Shown here in pieces: positions 51,802 through 63,900 of a DNA stretch of 64,000 nucleotides. The DNA is taken from positions 186,010-250,009 of the forward strand of contig JBCBZT010000003.1 in the NCBI GenBank assembly GCA_039815185.1, given 5' to 3'. The notes under the pieces were generated by a model, which was not told the DNA's origin, searched no databases, and saw only the letters and a list, made by a program, of their open reading frames with translations. This stretch comes from Cyanobacteria bacterium P01_A01_bin.123. Its GTDB lineage: Bacteria > Cyanobacteriota > Cyanobacteriia > Phormidesmidales > Phormidesmidaceae. Positions within the stretch are counted from its first letter, which is position 1. Every line of letters starts with the position of its first letter. A program made the translations under genes and the position numbers.

Positions 51802-51885
51802 TGCGGAACCCGGGACTTGAACCCGGAAGTCCTTGCGAACACTAGAACCTGAATCTAGCGCGTCTACCAATTCCGCCAGTTCCGC
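51802..51885 (-). tRNA. trnL: tRNA-Leu(CAG)
   Basis: Reverse complement GCGGAACTGGCGGAATTGGTAGACGCGCTAGATTCAGGTTCTAG...GGTTCAAGTCCCGGGTTCCGCA; anticodon CAG, long variable arm. Confidence 0.96.
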
Positions 51886-52081
51886 TGACAGCAGGCGTTT
51901 ACCTGCGATTCATAATCATGCGGTAGATGGGTTGATTCGTCAACCTCTCTACCCTACCTACTCAACCTTTAGCTGGCAAATCTCAGTGCTCCCTCACAAA
52001 TCGTACGGATTTGGGTATTTTCAAACTGATAGTTTCATGTAGAATCGAGACCAAAATTCCATGTAACCTATTGTTGCAAGC

Positions 52082-53473
52082 TTGGAGGGCATGTCCATTT
52101 CTGTTCCATTTAGCATAAACAACTCCTCGGCTTCCCCTGAAGACGAGACTTCCGTTCTAGAAATTCGGGGTCGGTCCTCGCTGAGTGGGCATGTCAAAGT
52201 CAGTGGCGCTAAGAATTCAGCGCTGGTGGTGATGGCAGGGGCACTGCTGTGCTCTCAAGACTGTCGAATTCGTAACATTCCATCCTTAGTGGATGTCGCT
52301 CGCATGGCCGAGGTGTTGCTGGCCCTGGGCGTTGAGCTGAAGCATACAGGCGACACCTTAGAGGTCAATGCCAGTCAGCTGAGCCACTCCCGTGCGCCTT
52401 ATGACTTGGTTAGCAAGCTGCGCGCCAGCTTCTTTGTGATTGGCCCCCTGTTGGCCCGCTTAGGGGTGGCTCGAGTCCCCTTGCCGGGGGGATGCGCCAT
52501 TGGCGCTCGCCCAGTTGAGCTCCATGTCCGTGGCTTGCAGGCATTGGGCGCTGATGTTTACATCGACCACGGGACCGTTCATGCCTGTGTCCGTGGTAGC
52601 CGGGGACGGTTGAAGGGAGCCAAAATCTATCTGGACTATCCCAGTGTTGGGGCGACAGAAACGTTGATGATGGCAGCGACCCTCGCTGAGGGGGAAACGG
52701 TGATTGAAAACGCCGCCCAGGAGCCTGAAGTAGTCGATCTGGCTAATTTCTGCCGCGCCATGGGGGCTCGGATTCGGGGAGCAGGCACCAACACGATTAC
52801 GATTTCTGGGGTGCCTAGCCTGCACTCAACTGACTACAGCGTTGTGCCTGACCGAATTGAAGCGGGTACCTTCTTGGTTGCTGGAGCGATCACGCGGTCT
52901 GAAATTACTCTAGGGCCGGTTATTCCTGAGCATCTAACGGCGGTGATTGCCAAGCTGAAGGCAGCCGGATCAGAGATCATTGGCGAATCTGCTAGCCGAC
53001 TGCGAATTAAGCCGGGGGGCCAGATTTCGGCTACAGATATCCAAACCCTTCCCTATCCAGGCTTCCCGACGGATATGCAGGCTCAATTTATGGCGCTGAT
53101 GACTTTGAGTGACGGGAACAGCATGATCACTGAAACAGTGTTTGAGAATCGATTGCGTCATGTGGCCGAATTTGTCCGCATGGGAGCCGATATTAAGCTC
53201 AAGGGGAACTGTGCCATTGTCCGAGGGGTGTCTTCGCTATCAGGTGCTCCGGTATCGGCCACCGACTTACGGGCTTCTGCAGCACTGGTGTTGGCAGGCT
53301 TAGCGGCTGATGGTAAGACGGTGGTTCAGGGGCTCCACCATCTGGATCGGGGCTATGAAAATCTGGAAACCAAGCTGATGGATTTAGGTGCCGATATCCA
53401 GCGTGTTAAAGTTTATGAGACTGATGACGCGATCGCTGGAGTTGCAACCGTATCCCCTACTTTGGCGGTATGA
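52082..53473 (+). CDS. murA: UDP-N-acetylglucosamine 1-carboxyvinyltransferase
   Basis: [57 protein letters not shown]. Confidence 0.97.
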   Translation: MEGMSISVPFSINNSSASPEDETSVLEIRGRSSLSGHVKVSGAKNSALVVMAGALLCSQDCRIRNIPSLVDVARMAEVLLALGVELKHTGDTLEVNASQLSHSRAPYDLVSKLRASFFVIGPLLARLGVARVPLPGGCAIGARPVELHVRGLQALGADVYIDHGTVHACVRGSRGRLKGAKIYLDYPSVGATETLMMAATLAEGETVIENAAQEPEVVDLANFCRAMGARIRGAGTNTITISGVPSLHSTDYSVVPDRIEAGTFLVAGAITRSEITLGPVIPEHLTAVIAKLKAAGSEIIGESASRLRIKPGGQISATDIQTLPYPGFPTDMQAQFMALMTLSDGNSMITETVFENRLRHVAEFVRMGADIKLKGNCAIVRGVSSLSGAPVSATDLRASAALVLAGLAADGKTVVQGLHHLDRGYENLETKLMDLGADIQRVKVYETDDAIAGVATVSPTLAV

Positions 53474-53598
53474 GGGCTTAATGGGCCAACTTCTGGGGGC
53501 GTTGGGTTGACTACGGAGGCTGAACGGCTTTTCTGACTAACCGCAGGTGATCTCGCTATACTAGCCGTTGAAACAAACGTTTACTTAAGTCCCTGCGG

Positions 53599-54471
53599 AT
53601 GGATTCTTCTAAATTATTTTTGGTGGGGCTCAAGGCCAATCACTTTCGGCATCCCCTTGATTTGGCAGCTACCGAGGCGCTCAAACAATTGACTGGCCTA
53701 GATGTGCTGATTCGTACGCTGCTTGGCCCACTTGCCGAACAGCTGATGTATTTGGACAACATTGCCTCTAGTGTCTTAGTAGGCGATCGCCAATTGCCAG
53801 ATCTCCACAAATCTTTGTTAGAAGCTTGCCGGGTACTTGACCTAGAGCCCCCCCAACTCTATATTCGGCAGCATCCTGTGCCTAATGCCTACACCTTTGC
53901 CATGCGGGGCCGACGCCCCTTCATCGTGGTTCACACGTCACTGATTGATCTGCTGACGCCCGCTGAAATTCAGGCCGTGATTGGGCATGAACTGGGCCAT
54001 CTCAAATGTGATCACAGCGTTTATCTAACGCTGGCTAATATCATTACGTTGTTTGCCAGTCAGTTGCCCTTCGGTGGGATACTGGTGCAAGATCTCCAAA
54101 ATCAGATGATGGAGTGGGTGCGATGTGCTGAATTTACTTGCGATCGCGCGGCTTTATTAGTTGCTCAAGACCCCAAAGTAGTGGCTTCGGTGTTGATGAA
54201 GCTCTCAGGTGGTTCGCCAACGTTAGCCCCCCAACTTAACGTTGATGCGTTTTTAGAACAGGCTCGGGCCTACGATGCAATTAGCCAAAATCAGTTGGGT
54301 GAAGCCTTAAAGGAAGTCCGCAATCGTGAACTGACTCACCCGGTTCCAGTGCTGCGGGCTCGGGAAATTGATCGGTGGGCTAGCAGCAAAGATTATCAAA
54401 AGCTGTTACAAGCTGACGCGATTCAGTATAATGGTGAGGCTAATTCCAAGGGCGGATGGCGAAATTGGTAG
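53599..54471 (+). CDS. M48 family zinc metallopeptidase
   Basis: FRHPLD, PNAYT, HELGH, AEFTCDRAAL, THP motifs. Confidence 0.92.
   Translation: MDSSKLFLVGLKANHFRHPLDLAATEALKQLTGLDVLIRTLLGPLAEQLMYLDNIASSVLVGDRQLPDLHKSLLEACRVLDLEPPQLYIRQHPVPNAYTFAMRGRRPFIVVHTSLIDLLTPAEIQAVIGHELGHLKCDHSVYLTLANIITLFASQLPFGGILVQDLQNQMMEWVRCAEFTCDRAALLVAQDPKVVASVLMKLSGGSPTLAPQLNVDAFLEQARAYDAISQNQLGEALKEVRNRELTHPVPVLRAREIDRWASSKDYQKLLQADAIQYNGEANSKGGWRNW
54427..54432 (+). promoter_or_regulatory. Probable -10 box of tRNA-Leu(CAA), inside the M48 coding sequence
   Basis: Perfect TATAAT 17 nt upstream of the mature tRNA 5' end. Confidence 0.55.
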
Positions 54472-54531
54472 ACGCACCACACTCAAAATGTGGCGGCTTC
54501 GGTCGTGAGAGTTCGAGTCTCTCTCTGCCCA
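54450..54531 (+). tRNA. trnL: tRNA-Leu(CAA), overlapping the M48 peptidase 3' end
   Basis: GGGCGGATGGCGAAATTGGTAGACGCACCACACTCAAAATGTGG...GTTCGAGTCTCTCTCTGCCCA; anticodon CAA. Confidence 0.95.
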
Positions 54532-54696
54532 TTAACAAAAACTTACGGAACGACTGCGCTGCGCACGGTCATTCGGTTACTGCTATTTGAGCCATTCTGG
54601 TTTCTCTTTGGAGAAGGATGGCACGATAGGTGGTAAAAGGCCATTGTGGTTGAACACCGTTCTTGACAACAGCCTTGCGCCTATCTATGCAAACTA

Positions 54697-57345
54697 CTAC
54701 TTGCCTAAAGCCTTGCTTAGCTCCTCCTGAGCAGCCTTGAGCGCTTCGGGCAGCTTTGCAGGATCGCGTCCTCCAGCTTGAGCCAAATTGGGTCGACCGC
54801 CACCGCCGCCGCCAGTTAGCTTGGCGATCGCGCCGATGAACTTACCCGCCTGTAATCCTGCCTTATTTACCCCAGGGCTAAAGGCTGCCACCAGGCTTAC
54901 TTTGCTGCCAGTAGGCACTGAACCCAGTACCACAGCTCCCTCCCCCAGCTTTTGGAGGAGTCGTTCAGCAGCAGTCTTGAGGGCGTCGGCATCGCTGTTT
55001 CCCAAATCGGCCACCAGGATCTTAAAGTTACCCACAGCCTCAGCGTCGCTGAGCAGGCTGTCGCTCTTAGCGATCGCCAGTTCCGATTGCAGCCCAGCCA
55101 ATTGTTTTTGGATTGCTTTGAGTTCCTCTTGGAGGGCTGTGACGCGGGGTAGAACCTCTTCTGGTTTAGTCTTGAAGCGATCGCTCAACTCGCGCACCAC
55201 CTGATCGCGTAGGTTGAGGTAGTCCAACACGGCAGGGCCAGCCACCGCTTCAATCCGTCGCACCCCTGCAGAAATTCCCGATTCCGATACGATTTTGAAC
55301 AGGCCAATTTCGGCGGTGTTGGTCACATGGGTACCCCCACACAGCTCCATCGACACGCCGGAGAAGTCAATCACCCGCACCTCGGCACCATACTTTTCGC
55401 CAAACATTGCCGTGGCCCCTTTGGCCTTGGCTTCATCAATGGGCATGATATTGACATCAGCGCTGTGGGCTTCAGCAATCCAAGTGTTGACTTGGGCCTC
55501 AACTTGCTGCACTTCCTCTGGGGTCAAAGCTCGATGACAGTTGAAATCAAACCGCAGTTTATCAAACGCCACTAATGAACCCGCCTGGGAAATGTCGGGA
55601 TCGACGAGTTTTTGTAAGGCTGCCTGTAACAGATGGGTGGCGGTGTGATTCGCCATAGCCCGCCGCCGACAAGCCCGATCGATTTGGGCCGTGACGCGAT
55701 CGCCTACGGTCAGCATGCCCCGCTCTACCCGACCAAAGTGAACAAAAAGCGCCCCTTCTTTTTTCACATCGTCTATCTGTACGACAACAGCATCACCAGA
55801 TAGATAGCCGCGATCGCCAATTTGCCCTCCAGACTCGGCGTAGAAGGGCGTTGTTTCGAGCACTACCTGCACAGGGCTGCCTGCTTCAGCCTGGTCAACG
55901 GCTTTACCCGCCACCAGTAACGCTACGACAGCAGATGGGCTACTACTGTTGCTGTAACCCAAAAATTCCGTGGCGTCCAAAGTTTCAGCCAATTTTGCTA
56001 AGCTGCCCTGCACCGTGAGGTCGATGGTTTCGTGGGCATCTTTAGAACGCTGGCGTTGCTTCTCCATTTCGGCTTCAAAGCCTTGGGTATCCACCTTAAG
56101 GCCATTTTCTTCTGCAATTTCTTGGGTTAGCTCTAGCGGGAAGCCGTAGGTGTCATAGAGCACGAAGGCGTCTTCGCCAGAAATCCGTTGCGTTTCCTGG
56201 GCTAGGATCTCTGCCAATAGCTTCTCGCCCCGCTCCAGCGTTTCTAGAAAGCGGGCTTCTTCGCGGCCTAGTTCTGCTTTAACGCTGGCTGCTCGCTCCC
56301 GCACCGCTGGATAGGCTGACTCTGATAGGGCGATCGCAGTTTCAGCGACTGGCTCAATAAATGCCCCGTCAATGCCAATCAACCGACCGTGGCGCACCAC
56401 CCGCCGAATCAATCGTCGCAAAATATAGCCGCGCCCCACATTGGCAGCCGTAATGCCGTCAGTGATCATGTGTACGACAGCCCGCACATGGTCGCCAATT
56501 ACCTTGAGCGACACTTTGGTTTGCTCGTCGGCTTTAGCGTAATCAATCCCTGCCAGTTGTGCCGCTGTCTGGATAATCGGCAGAATCAGATCGGTTTCGT
56601 AGTTGTTGGGCACCCGCTGCAAAATTTGGGCCATGCGTTCTAGCCCCATGCCTGTATCGATGTTTTGCTTAGCCAGAGGCGTCAGGTTGCCCGCCGCATC
56701 CCGATTAGACTGCATAAACACCAAGTTGTAAAACTCAATGAAGCGGCTATCATCTTCAAGGTCAATGGTGTCGTCGCCTTGCTCTGGGTGGAAGTCATAA
56801 TAAATCTCAGAGCAGGGCCCACAAGGCCCTGTCGGGCCAGATGCCCAAAAGTTGTCGTCTGTGCCCATGCGAATAATTCGATTGGGAGGTACCCCAATTT
56901 GATCGCGCCAGATCGCAAAGGCTTCGTCATCCTCTTCAAACACGCTGACCACCAGATGGTCTGGAGGTAGCTTGAAAACTTTAGTGGAGAGTTCCCAAGC
57001 CCAGGCGATCGCTTGTTCTTTGAAATAGTCGCCAAAGCTAAAGTTGCCAAGCATTTCAAAGAAGGTATGATGTCGCGCCGTGCGGCCCACATTTTCAATG
57101 TCGTTAGTCCGAATGCATTTTTGGGAGGTAGTTGCCCGATCATAGGGCGCAGGTTGTTGACCCAAAAAGATAGGCTTAAACGGCAACATCCCAGCAATGG
57201 TCAATAGCACCGTAGGATCTTCGGGTACTAAGGAGGCACTGGGTAACGGTTGGTGCTTCCGTTGAGCGTAGAAGTCCAAAAAGGTTTGTCGAATCTCAGG
57301 GCCGCTAAGCTTGGCGAGTTGGGGTTGTGACGAGGAAACAGACAT
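54697..57345 (-). CDS. alaS: Alanine--tRNA ligase
   Basis: [67 protein letters not shown]. Confidence 0.98.
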   Translation of the reverse strand: MSVSSSQPQLAKLSGPEIRQTFLDFYAQRKHQPLPSASLVPEDPTVLLTIAGMLPFKPIFLGQQPAPYDRATTSQKCIRTNDIENVGRTARHHTFFEMLGNFSFGDYFKEQAIAWAWELSTKVFKLPPDHLVVSVFEEDDEAFAIWRDQIGVPPNRIIRMGTDDNFWASGPTGPCGPCSEIYYDFHPEQGDDTIDLEDDSRFIEFYNLVFMQSNRDAAGNLTPLAKQNIDTGMGLERMAQILQRVPNNYETDLILPIIQTAAQLAGIDYAKADEQTKVSLKVIGDHVRAVVHMITDGITAANVGRGYILRRLIRRVVRHGRLIGIDGAFIEPVAETAIALSESAYPAVRERAASVKAELGREEARFLETLERGEKLLAEILAQETQRISGEDAFVLYDTYGFPLELTQEIAEENGLKVDTQGFEAEMEKQRQRSKDAHETIDLTVQGSLAKLAETLDATEFLGYSNSSSPSAVVALLVAGKAVDQAEAGSPVQVVLETTPFYAESGGQIGDRGYLSGDAVVVQIDDVKKEGALFVHFGRVERGMLTVGDRVTAQIDRACRRRAMANHTATHLLQAALQKLVDPDISQAGSLVAFDKLRFDFNCHRALTPEEVQQVEAQVNTWIAEAHSADVNIMPIDEAKAKGATAMFGEKYGAEVRVIDFSGVSMELCGGTHVTNTAEIGLFKIVSESGISAGVRRIEAVAGPAVLDYLNLRDQVVRELSDRFKTKPEEVLPRVTALQEELKAIQKQLAGLQSELAIAKSDSLLSDAEAVGNFKILVADLGNSDADALKTAAERLLQKLGEGAVVLGSVPTGSKVSLVAAFSPGVNKAGLQAGKFIGAIAKLTGGGGGGRPNLAQAGGRDPAKLPEALKAAQEELSKALGK

Positions 57346-57425
57346 CGGCGATCCTACGGATGAATGCAAGCATCAGACTCTAGTCTAGACGCTATCTTGG
57401 GCAGCGTTGAGGCAAATATTGGGTC

Positions 57426-57505
57426 TAATTCAGATCCATAGTTTTCCTATGTCGGGGCACGAGGCTTTGCATGCCCAATCAAGTCTTTAAGTCGAATGTG
57501 GTTTA
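57426..57505 (-). repeat. Degenerate MITE-like repeat copy (reverse) with internal GGGCA..TGCCC hairpin
   Basis: CAGATCCATAGTTTTCC...TCAAGTCTTTAAGTCGAATGTGGTTTA on the + strand. Confidence 0.55.
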
Positions 57506-58359
57506 ACCAAGAAATTAGCGTGTCTAGACTTGGCCCAGAGGGAATGCTAATTTTCCCTATGTGTAGTGAAAAATAATAATCTTTCCGGATTCAAATTCAT
57601 CGCCCCTGAAATACTGATAACGTTGTTCGTTTTACTGACTAACGGTCGACCTGTCAGCCGAACTGCAAGACTTCCATCAAGTTCTGCAGTTTCCCTGCAA
57701 TCCCTTCACCATCAGCAGCATCCACAAACCATTTTGGCCAAAAACGCACGCAGGACGACAGTTTATCGGCCTAATTAGCCTCAGCCCAGCCCCTTTAAAC
57801 GCTAATACTTTTCCTGAAAAACTGACTGTGGCTTCGGACTTAGATCCGCATGATTTGCTTCAGCACAGGGTTATAGATTATTTCCACGTCCAGACGACCT
57901 GGAGTTTTGCCCACAGGAAAACTCCCACATCCGGAGCTGGACGTGATTTAATCCCAGGATTCTAAAAAGTTGGCATTTGGGTCCAAGTGGTCATAAAACG
58001 AGTTTGCCTATGAGGCCAGCGTTGCCTCGCCAAGGTCAGTTACTAACGCTAGATAGACGTTACGTCTGCTTACGGTGATCGCTGCCTGTTTATGTCCCTT
58101 AGGATAAGACAACAGGCTGGCTGGGTCGCCAAGTTTACACTGGCACTATCAGGGAGCGATCGATCGCCCATCGTGAGCCCTGTTAATAAGGCAAACTGAC
58201 CCACGGCGTACATATCTCAATCTGCCCCTGTGCTGATGGTGGCTTTGCCTTAAGGTTTAAACTTGTGTTTTCGGTTTGCCCACCTGCAAAATCGCATGCC
58301 CCTTGAGTTGAACGATCATTCGCGCTCTGCCTTCTACCCTTTAATTGCTTGTTGTTCCT

Positions 58360-59316
58360 ATGGAAGCGCTGCTGCTGCTAGTCGGGGATAGTCAATTCAC
58401 CACCGGCCTAGTGACTCGAATTCAACATCACTCAGATGTGCAAATTATCACGGCAGAAACCCAAGATGAAACCGAGGATATTTTCAAAGACTACTCACCT
58501 AGCGTGTTGGTGCTTCAGGCCGACTATCCGCTGACCCAAGAACTCTGCCTGTATCTCAAGCAAACGCGTGATTTAGCTTGGATCTATTGCCTTGTGATTG
58601 AACTGCGGGATCCCATAAACTCAACCAACTGGGAAAAGCAGGCGATGGGGGCGACTAAAGCCCTGAAGATGGGGGCAGATGTCTATCTCACCCTGTCGCC
58701 GCAGGCACGGCCTAGTGATGAACAATTGCTGCAAGCCCAATTGGCGGCTGCCCTTAGGCATGCCAAACTTTACCAAACCCTCACGCGAACCAATAATTTA
58801 CTTTCGGCGATTGCGTTGTCAGATGCCCTTACCCAAATCAACAATCGTCGTGCCTTTGATTGGGAACTGCCGCGTCAGATTAGAGCTGCTCAGGAAAAAA
58901 ACTTTGCTTTGAGTTTAATGGTGATTGACATCGATCACTTCAAAATCATTAACGATACCTACGGTCATCTGATCGGGGATAAAGCCTTGAAAATCCTAGC
59001 TGAACGCTTGCAATACAACATGCGGGATTACGATACGCCCTATCGCTATGGGGGCGAAGAGTTTGTGGTGGTGCTCAACCACACGAGTCCAGAGGAAGCC
59101 AAAGCCATTAGTCAACGGATGCGCCAGACGGTAAGTGATCATCCCTTGGTGATTAATGACACCGTCGAGATCAATCTGACCGTGAGCATTGGTGTTGCCA
59201 GCCTTACCCCAGAAGATGACAGTAAGGGGATGAGTCTCCTGAACCGTGCCGATCAAGGCTTATTAGCGGCGAAGAGTGCTGGACGCAATCAAGTCAGGTT
59301 TGAGAGTGGGTTGTAA
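58360..59316 (+). CDS. Diguanylate cyclase with degenerate N-terminal receiver domain
   Basis: DALTQINNRR, DIDHFKIINDTYGH, RDYD I-site, RYGGEEF, SIGVA, AKSAGRN. Confidence 0.93.
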   Translation: MEALLLLVGDSQFTTGLVTRIQHHSDVQIITAETQDETEDIFKDYSPSVLVLQADYPLTQELCLYLKQTRDLAWIYCLVIELRDPINSTNWEKQAMGATKALKMGADVYLTLSPQARPSDEQLLQAQLAAALRHAKLYQTLTRTNNLLSAIALSDALTQINNRRAFDWELPRQIRAAQEKNFALSLMVIDIDHFKIINDTYGHLIGDKALKILAERLQYNMRDYDTPYRYGGEEFVVVLNHTSPEEAKAISQRMRQTVSDHPLVINDTVEINLTVSIGVASLTPEDDSKGMSLLNRADQGLLAAKSAGRNQVRFESGL

Positions 59317-59977
59317 TGATTTGACAACACTCAGCGACAGGGGTGCGCTCGGCCATAGCGGTCACTAAGGCTTCGTAGGCAGACCAGTGTTTTTCCAACA
59401 GGGTACGAGCCTGCAAGATTGACCAACGCTCTTTGATTTGGGCTTCTTGGGGTGGACGTTGGATTTGGTAGTAAATGGCCCGAATCTTTTGTCGATCGTC
59501 CGTGCCCCCCCGTTCGGCTTTGAACACTAACGCTTCTGCCGCAATGCCCGCCATCCATACCATGCAGTAGCGATTGAGCAGTTGAGCCGACAATTGCCCC
59601 TGGTTGACTTCCTGTTCGATTGCTTGACTGTCGAACACTACCCCGCCTTGCCCTGGCACCCCCCGTCGCCAAGCTTCCCAAGGGGATAGAGTGTAATCGA
59701 CCACGGGAATATCCAGTAGCTGGGCGACTAAGAAGTGGCCTGCCTCGTGGTGCAAAATGCGATCGCGCTCGGCCTCAGATGTCCGATCCAGACTGTCGAT
59801 CAGCAGAGTACCCAGCTTGCCGTCGAAGCCAAATCGATCGAGGCTAGCAATTCCAAAAATAATAGCAATAACCAAAGCGGGCACCGTAGGCGGCAACTGC
59901 ACCATCGGCCCCACCAAACTGGCCATCGTGACCAGAAAAATAAAAACTGCGATCAGATTTAAGGTGGTTTGTTTCAA
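59294..59977 (-). CDS. M41-like zinc protease-domain membrane protein without AAA domain
   Basis: Two TM helices, HHEAGHFLVA, MAGIAAE, GG.DD. Confidence 0.82.
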   Translation of the reverse strand: MKQTTLNLIAVFIFLVTMASLVGPMVQLPPTVPALVIAIIFGIASLDRFGFDGKLGTLLIDSLDRTSEAERDRILHHEAGHFLVAQLLDIPVVDYTLSPWEAWRRGVPGQGGVVFDSQAIEQEVNQGQLSAQLLNRYCMVWMAGIAAEALVFKAERGGTDDRQKIRAIYYQIQRPPQEAQIKERWSILQARTLLEKHWSAYEALVTAMAERTPVAECCQIITTHSQT

Positions 59978-60006
59978 ACTAGCTGAGTCAAGCTGAGAAG
60001 CTTAAG

Positions 60007-60831
60007 TTATGGATCTTGATAGAACGTTTCTAAACTATCGCGATCGCCTATAAAGCGCCAATGCCAAGGTTCGTAGGATAGCCCCTGGGGATTATCTTTA
60101 GGAAACGACAGTTCAAAGCCATAGCGAGCTGCATTGGCTTGCAGCCAACGGAAAGCGGGAGTATTCTCGAACCCCACTTCTAGGTCAGTATCTGGGTAAA
60201 AGTCATCGGTAAAATCGACTGCGTAACCCGTGTGGTGTTCACTGTAGCCGGGAGGCGCACTGACTTCGGCTCGTTTGGTTGGCGACTCACCCCGATGGGC
60301 TGACATCTCAAAAAACAAGTATCGCTGATCGGCCTCAGACCGAAAGCCCGAAACCGCCTGCAGCGGTATGCCCTCTGCCCGCGCCTGGGCCAGCATCGTT
60401 TGCACTTTGGCGGCGGCGGCAGGACGTAACTTGAGGCTACCGTCGGCGTTCAAAGAGACAAGAGACTGAGGGGAGGCTTCGGGGTAGTAGCGATGGCCCA
60501 AAAGGGAGAGTTGGTTTGCTGATGTTGGAGCGACGTCTCCACCCACGGGGAAAAAGAAGCGACGGATGCTGGCGATCGCGCTCGGGCCAGACTCAGATTT
60601 AAAGGCAACCGGGTCTATCACTTCGGCTGTGGTCGTAGATGGGTCGGGTCGGGCAGCGATCGCGACCCAAACACCCCCTAGACCAATGACAACAAGGCTT
60701 AAAATACCAGTGAACCATCGCCATCCAGGCAACGATAAACCCGCCTTGGCCGGAGGCATTAGCGGGTCTCGCAGCGCTTCAGGGATATCGTCTAAAGGTG
60801 TTGGGGGGCCTTGATTTAGAGGAGTCGCCAA
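60007..60831 (-). CDS. D-alanyl-D-alanine carboxypeptidase, VanY/M15B family
   Basis: TM anchor, SGFRS, SAPPGYSEHHTGYAVD, YEPWHWRF. Confidence 0.92.
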   Translation of the reverse strand: MATPLNQGPPTPLDDIPEALRDPLMPPAKAGLSLPGWRWFTGILSLVVIGLGGVWVAIAARPDPSTTTAEVIDPVAFKSESGPSAIASIRRFFFPVGGDVAPTSANQLSLLGHRYYPEASPQSLVSLNADGSLKLRPAAAAKVQTMLAQARAEGIPLQAVSGFRSEADQRYLFFEMSAHRGESPTKRAEVSAPPGYSEHHTGYAVDFTDDFYPDTDLEVGFENTPAFRWLQANAARYGFELSFPKDNPQGLSYEPWHWRFIGDRDSLETFYQDP

Positions 60832-60988
60832 AATAACTGTGCCTGCACAGGCAAACGTACTAATCCGTAGTAGATTCTAAACTGCCTTGCGCAAACTGGA
60901 ACATTTTTTGACCTTTTCCAGCTTGAATCATCCTCAAATTCAGCCCCATCGTTAGATTGACGCCCACTAATGACGTGATAAGTTTAGT

Positions 60989-63900
60989 TTATTCTTCGTC
61001 TAGGGCTTCTGGATTACATAGAGTATCAAGCCAATCTGTTCTAGGTTCTGAACCATCTCCTAAATCGAGTACGTAGTAATACGTTCCCACAGGCAACTGC
61101 TGACCTTTCTGTACCGTGGCACGGCCGTTGGAAGTACCATCCCAATCATTGTTATAGGAACGTTGTTCAAATACAATATTTCCCCATCGGTTGAACACCT
61201 TGAGAACATTGTTAGGGTATCTGGAAATACAATCAATGGTAAAGGTCTCGTTAACCCCATCGCCATTTGGCGAAAATTCATTGTATACTGTTAAGCATGA
61301 AGGTTCTACCGCTGCTTGAGCGGTATTGTTGGAATCATTGGTGTCCAGCTGGTCTACAAATGCCAGACTTGCGGTATTGACATAATCATTGATGTCCAGT
61401 ACCTCAGCAGTAATAATTAAGCTAGTGGAGGACAAACCACTTAGGCTTTCAATATCCAAAAAGCCAGAAGCCTCATCGTAACTACCAGAATCAGTTTGTG
61501 AGCTTGTCAATCGATACCCTGAAGGTAGAAGCTCTTCAATACCAATGTTGGTTGCGTCCTGAGACCCTTGGTTAGAAACCGTAATGGTGAAAACCACATC
61601 ATCGCCTATTTGAGGACTTTCATTATCCACCGTTTTGGCAATGGAAATGTCAGTAGTTTGCGGAATCACTTGAGCAGTTGCCTCGTCATCATCTGCTAAA
61701 CCGTCACTTAAATCATCTTGTGACAAACTACTAAGTGGTGAACTATCTGGGTCCGCAAAATCACTTCTAGAAATCTCAGCAACATTTAAGTACTCATCCA
61801 TCGTACCCGTGGGTGCATTTACTGTTGCAAGAATATTCAAGGTCTCGGTACTTCCACTGAACACGGACCCATTTAAAGCCCATAATCCTGTTTGTTCATT
61901 GTAAGCGCCTGCAGTTGCGACATGAGATTGATAAGTGTATCCCGTTGGAAGTAAGTCAATCACTTCAACCCCAGTAGCATCATTAGGTCCTTCATTCCTT
62001 AAATTCAATGAAAACTCAACGATATCTCCCACATTTGGGGTTTGATTGTCCACTATCTTAGTCAGAGATAAATCAGCTAAACCGTTTGGCACTAAGATTA
62101 TCGTATCCTGATCATCTTCAGCATCCAAATTGTTGTTTGGGGAAGAGTCTGGGTCAAAAGTATCTGAAGCAACCAACTCAGCCGTGTTACTGTAAATACC
62201 TGAGGGGAGTACTTCAACGGTTATCTGTAAAGTTTCAGTTGCTCCACTAGCAAGACTGCTCAATGACCAAGCTCCGGTTGCATCATTATAATTCCCAGTA
62301 GAAGCGTTGGCAGATACAAAAAGAAAACCTGAAGCCAAGACATCTTCAACCACCAAATTGGCAGCCTCGTTTGGTCCAGCATTGTTTACTGTTATCGTGA
62401 AAACCACCTGGTCTCCTACCGACGGGGTCAAATCACTTGCAGTTTTTGATATTGATATATCAGCCAATACCCTTGGAGTAACGGACTGCTCATCCTGATC
62501 ATCTTCTGAGAGGATATTGTTCCCAGGTGTAGAATCTGGATCTCTTTCTATGGAAGCAATGACTTCTGCCACATTACTATAATCTCCTGTTGAATTAACT
62601 TGAACGGTAAGGTTCAAAACAGCATTAGCACCACCCAATATGGTTCCTATGTTCCAAAGACCAGTTGCAGAAGAGTATGTGCCCCCAGAATCATCAGCAA
62701 TATACGTGTAGCCGGATGGTAAAACGTCGGAAACAACCACCCCAGTAGCATCACTTAAACCATCATTAGTAACGGTAAGAGTGAATGTTACGTTATCCAG
62801 TACATCAGGAAATTTGTTATCTACACTTTTTTCTAGGGATAAATCAGCAGATGGCAAAGGTGTAGTACCTGCACTATCTTGATCGTTCTCTGTAATAACG
62901 TTATTGTTCGGAGTGGAATTAGGGTCAAAATTGCTTGAAGAAAGCACTTCGGTCACATTAAAATAGTCTCCAGCAGGATTTACCGTAGCCACTATGTTTA
63001 AGGTCTCTGTAGTTCCATTCGGAATCACCCCATTTAATTGCCATATCCCAGTTGTAGGATTATAAACTCCAGCGGTTCTATTGTTTGAAGCGTAGGTATA
63101 TCCTGAAGGTAGTAAATCAAGAACTTGTACCCCAGTTACATCGCTTGGGCCTGTATTCGAAATACTAATGTTGAATATTACTTCATCACCCACAAAAGGA
63201 GAAAGCACATCAACAGATTTCCTGAGAATTAAATCCGAAACTAAAACTGGAACAGGTTCAATGGTCTGCTGATCATCTTCAGTGTCATCATTATTTGCAG
63301 GTTCAGAATCTATATCTTGTTCTGCAACATCGGTTAATTCAGCAATATTCGTATAGTCTCCGGTTGCCAATACATTGGCCGTTATGACAAGTGTTTCTGT
63401 TATTCCATTGGCTAAGTTTCCAAGGGTCCAAGATCCATTCAAAGGTTCGTATACTCCATTGGTTGGTACGGCACTCACAAATGCGTAACCCGATGCCAAG
63501 AAATCAGTAACCACAATATTTGTTGCATCACTAGGTCCATCATTCGTCACCGTAACTGTAAATACTATAGGGTCACCAACATTTGGAGTAAAATCGTCTG
63601 CTGTTTTAGTTACTGAAATATCTACCAATTGTATTGGATTGAGGACAACCTCATCTTGATCATCTTCAGATAAAACTCCATTATTTGGAGTAGAATCTGA
63701 ATCAACCTGATCCTGATCAGTTACTTCCGCAACATTGGTATAAATCCCTGTTGTATTAACTGAAGCGGTAATATTCAATGTGGTCGATGTACCACTGGTC
63801 ACTGTTCCTACATTCCATAGACCCGTACCATTATTATATGTTCCAGCCCCATCATCAGAATCATAGGTGAATCCAGAAGGGAGTATATCGGTAACCTGAA

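Noticed and set aside
30108..54531. Three different tRNA-Leu genes within 25 kb as a functional cluster
   Set aside because: They are separately located, differently oriented and embedded among unrelated housekeeping genes; no evidence beyond coincidence
54532..54696. Integrated element at the 3' end of tRNA-Leu(CAA)
   Set aside because: No integrase and no duplicated tRNA 3' end seen; alaS follows within 170 bp
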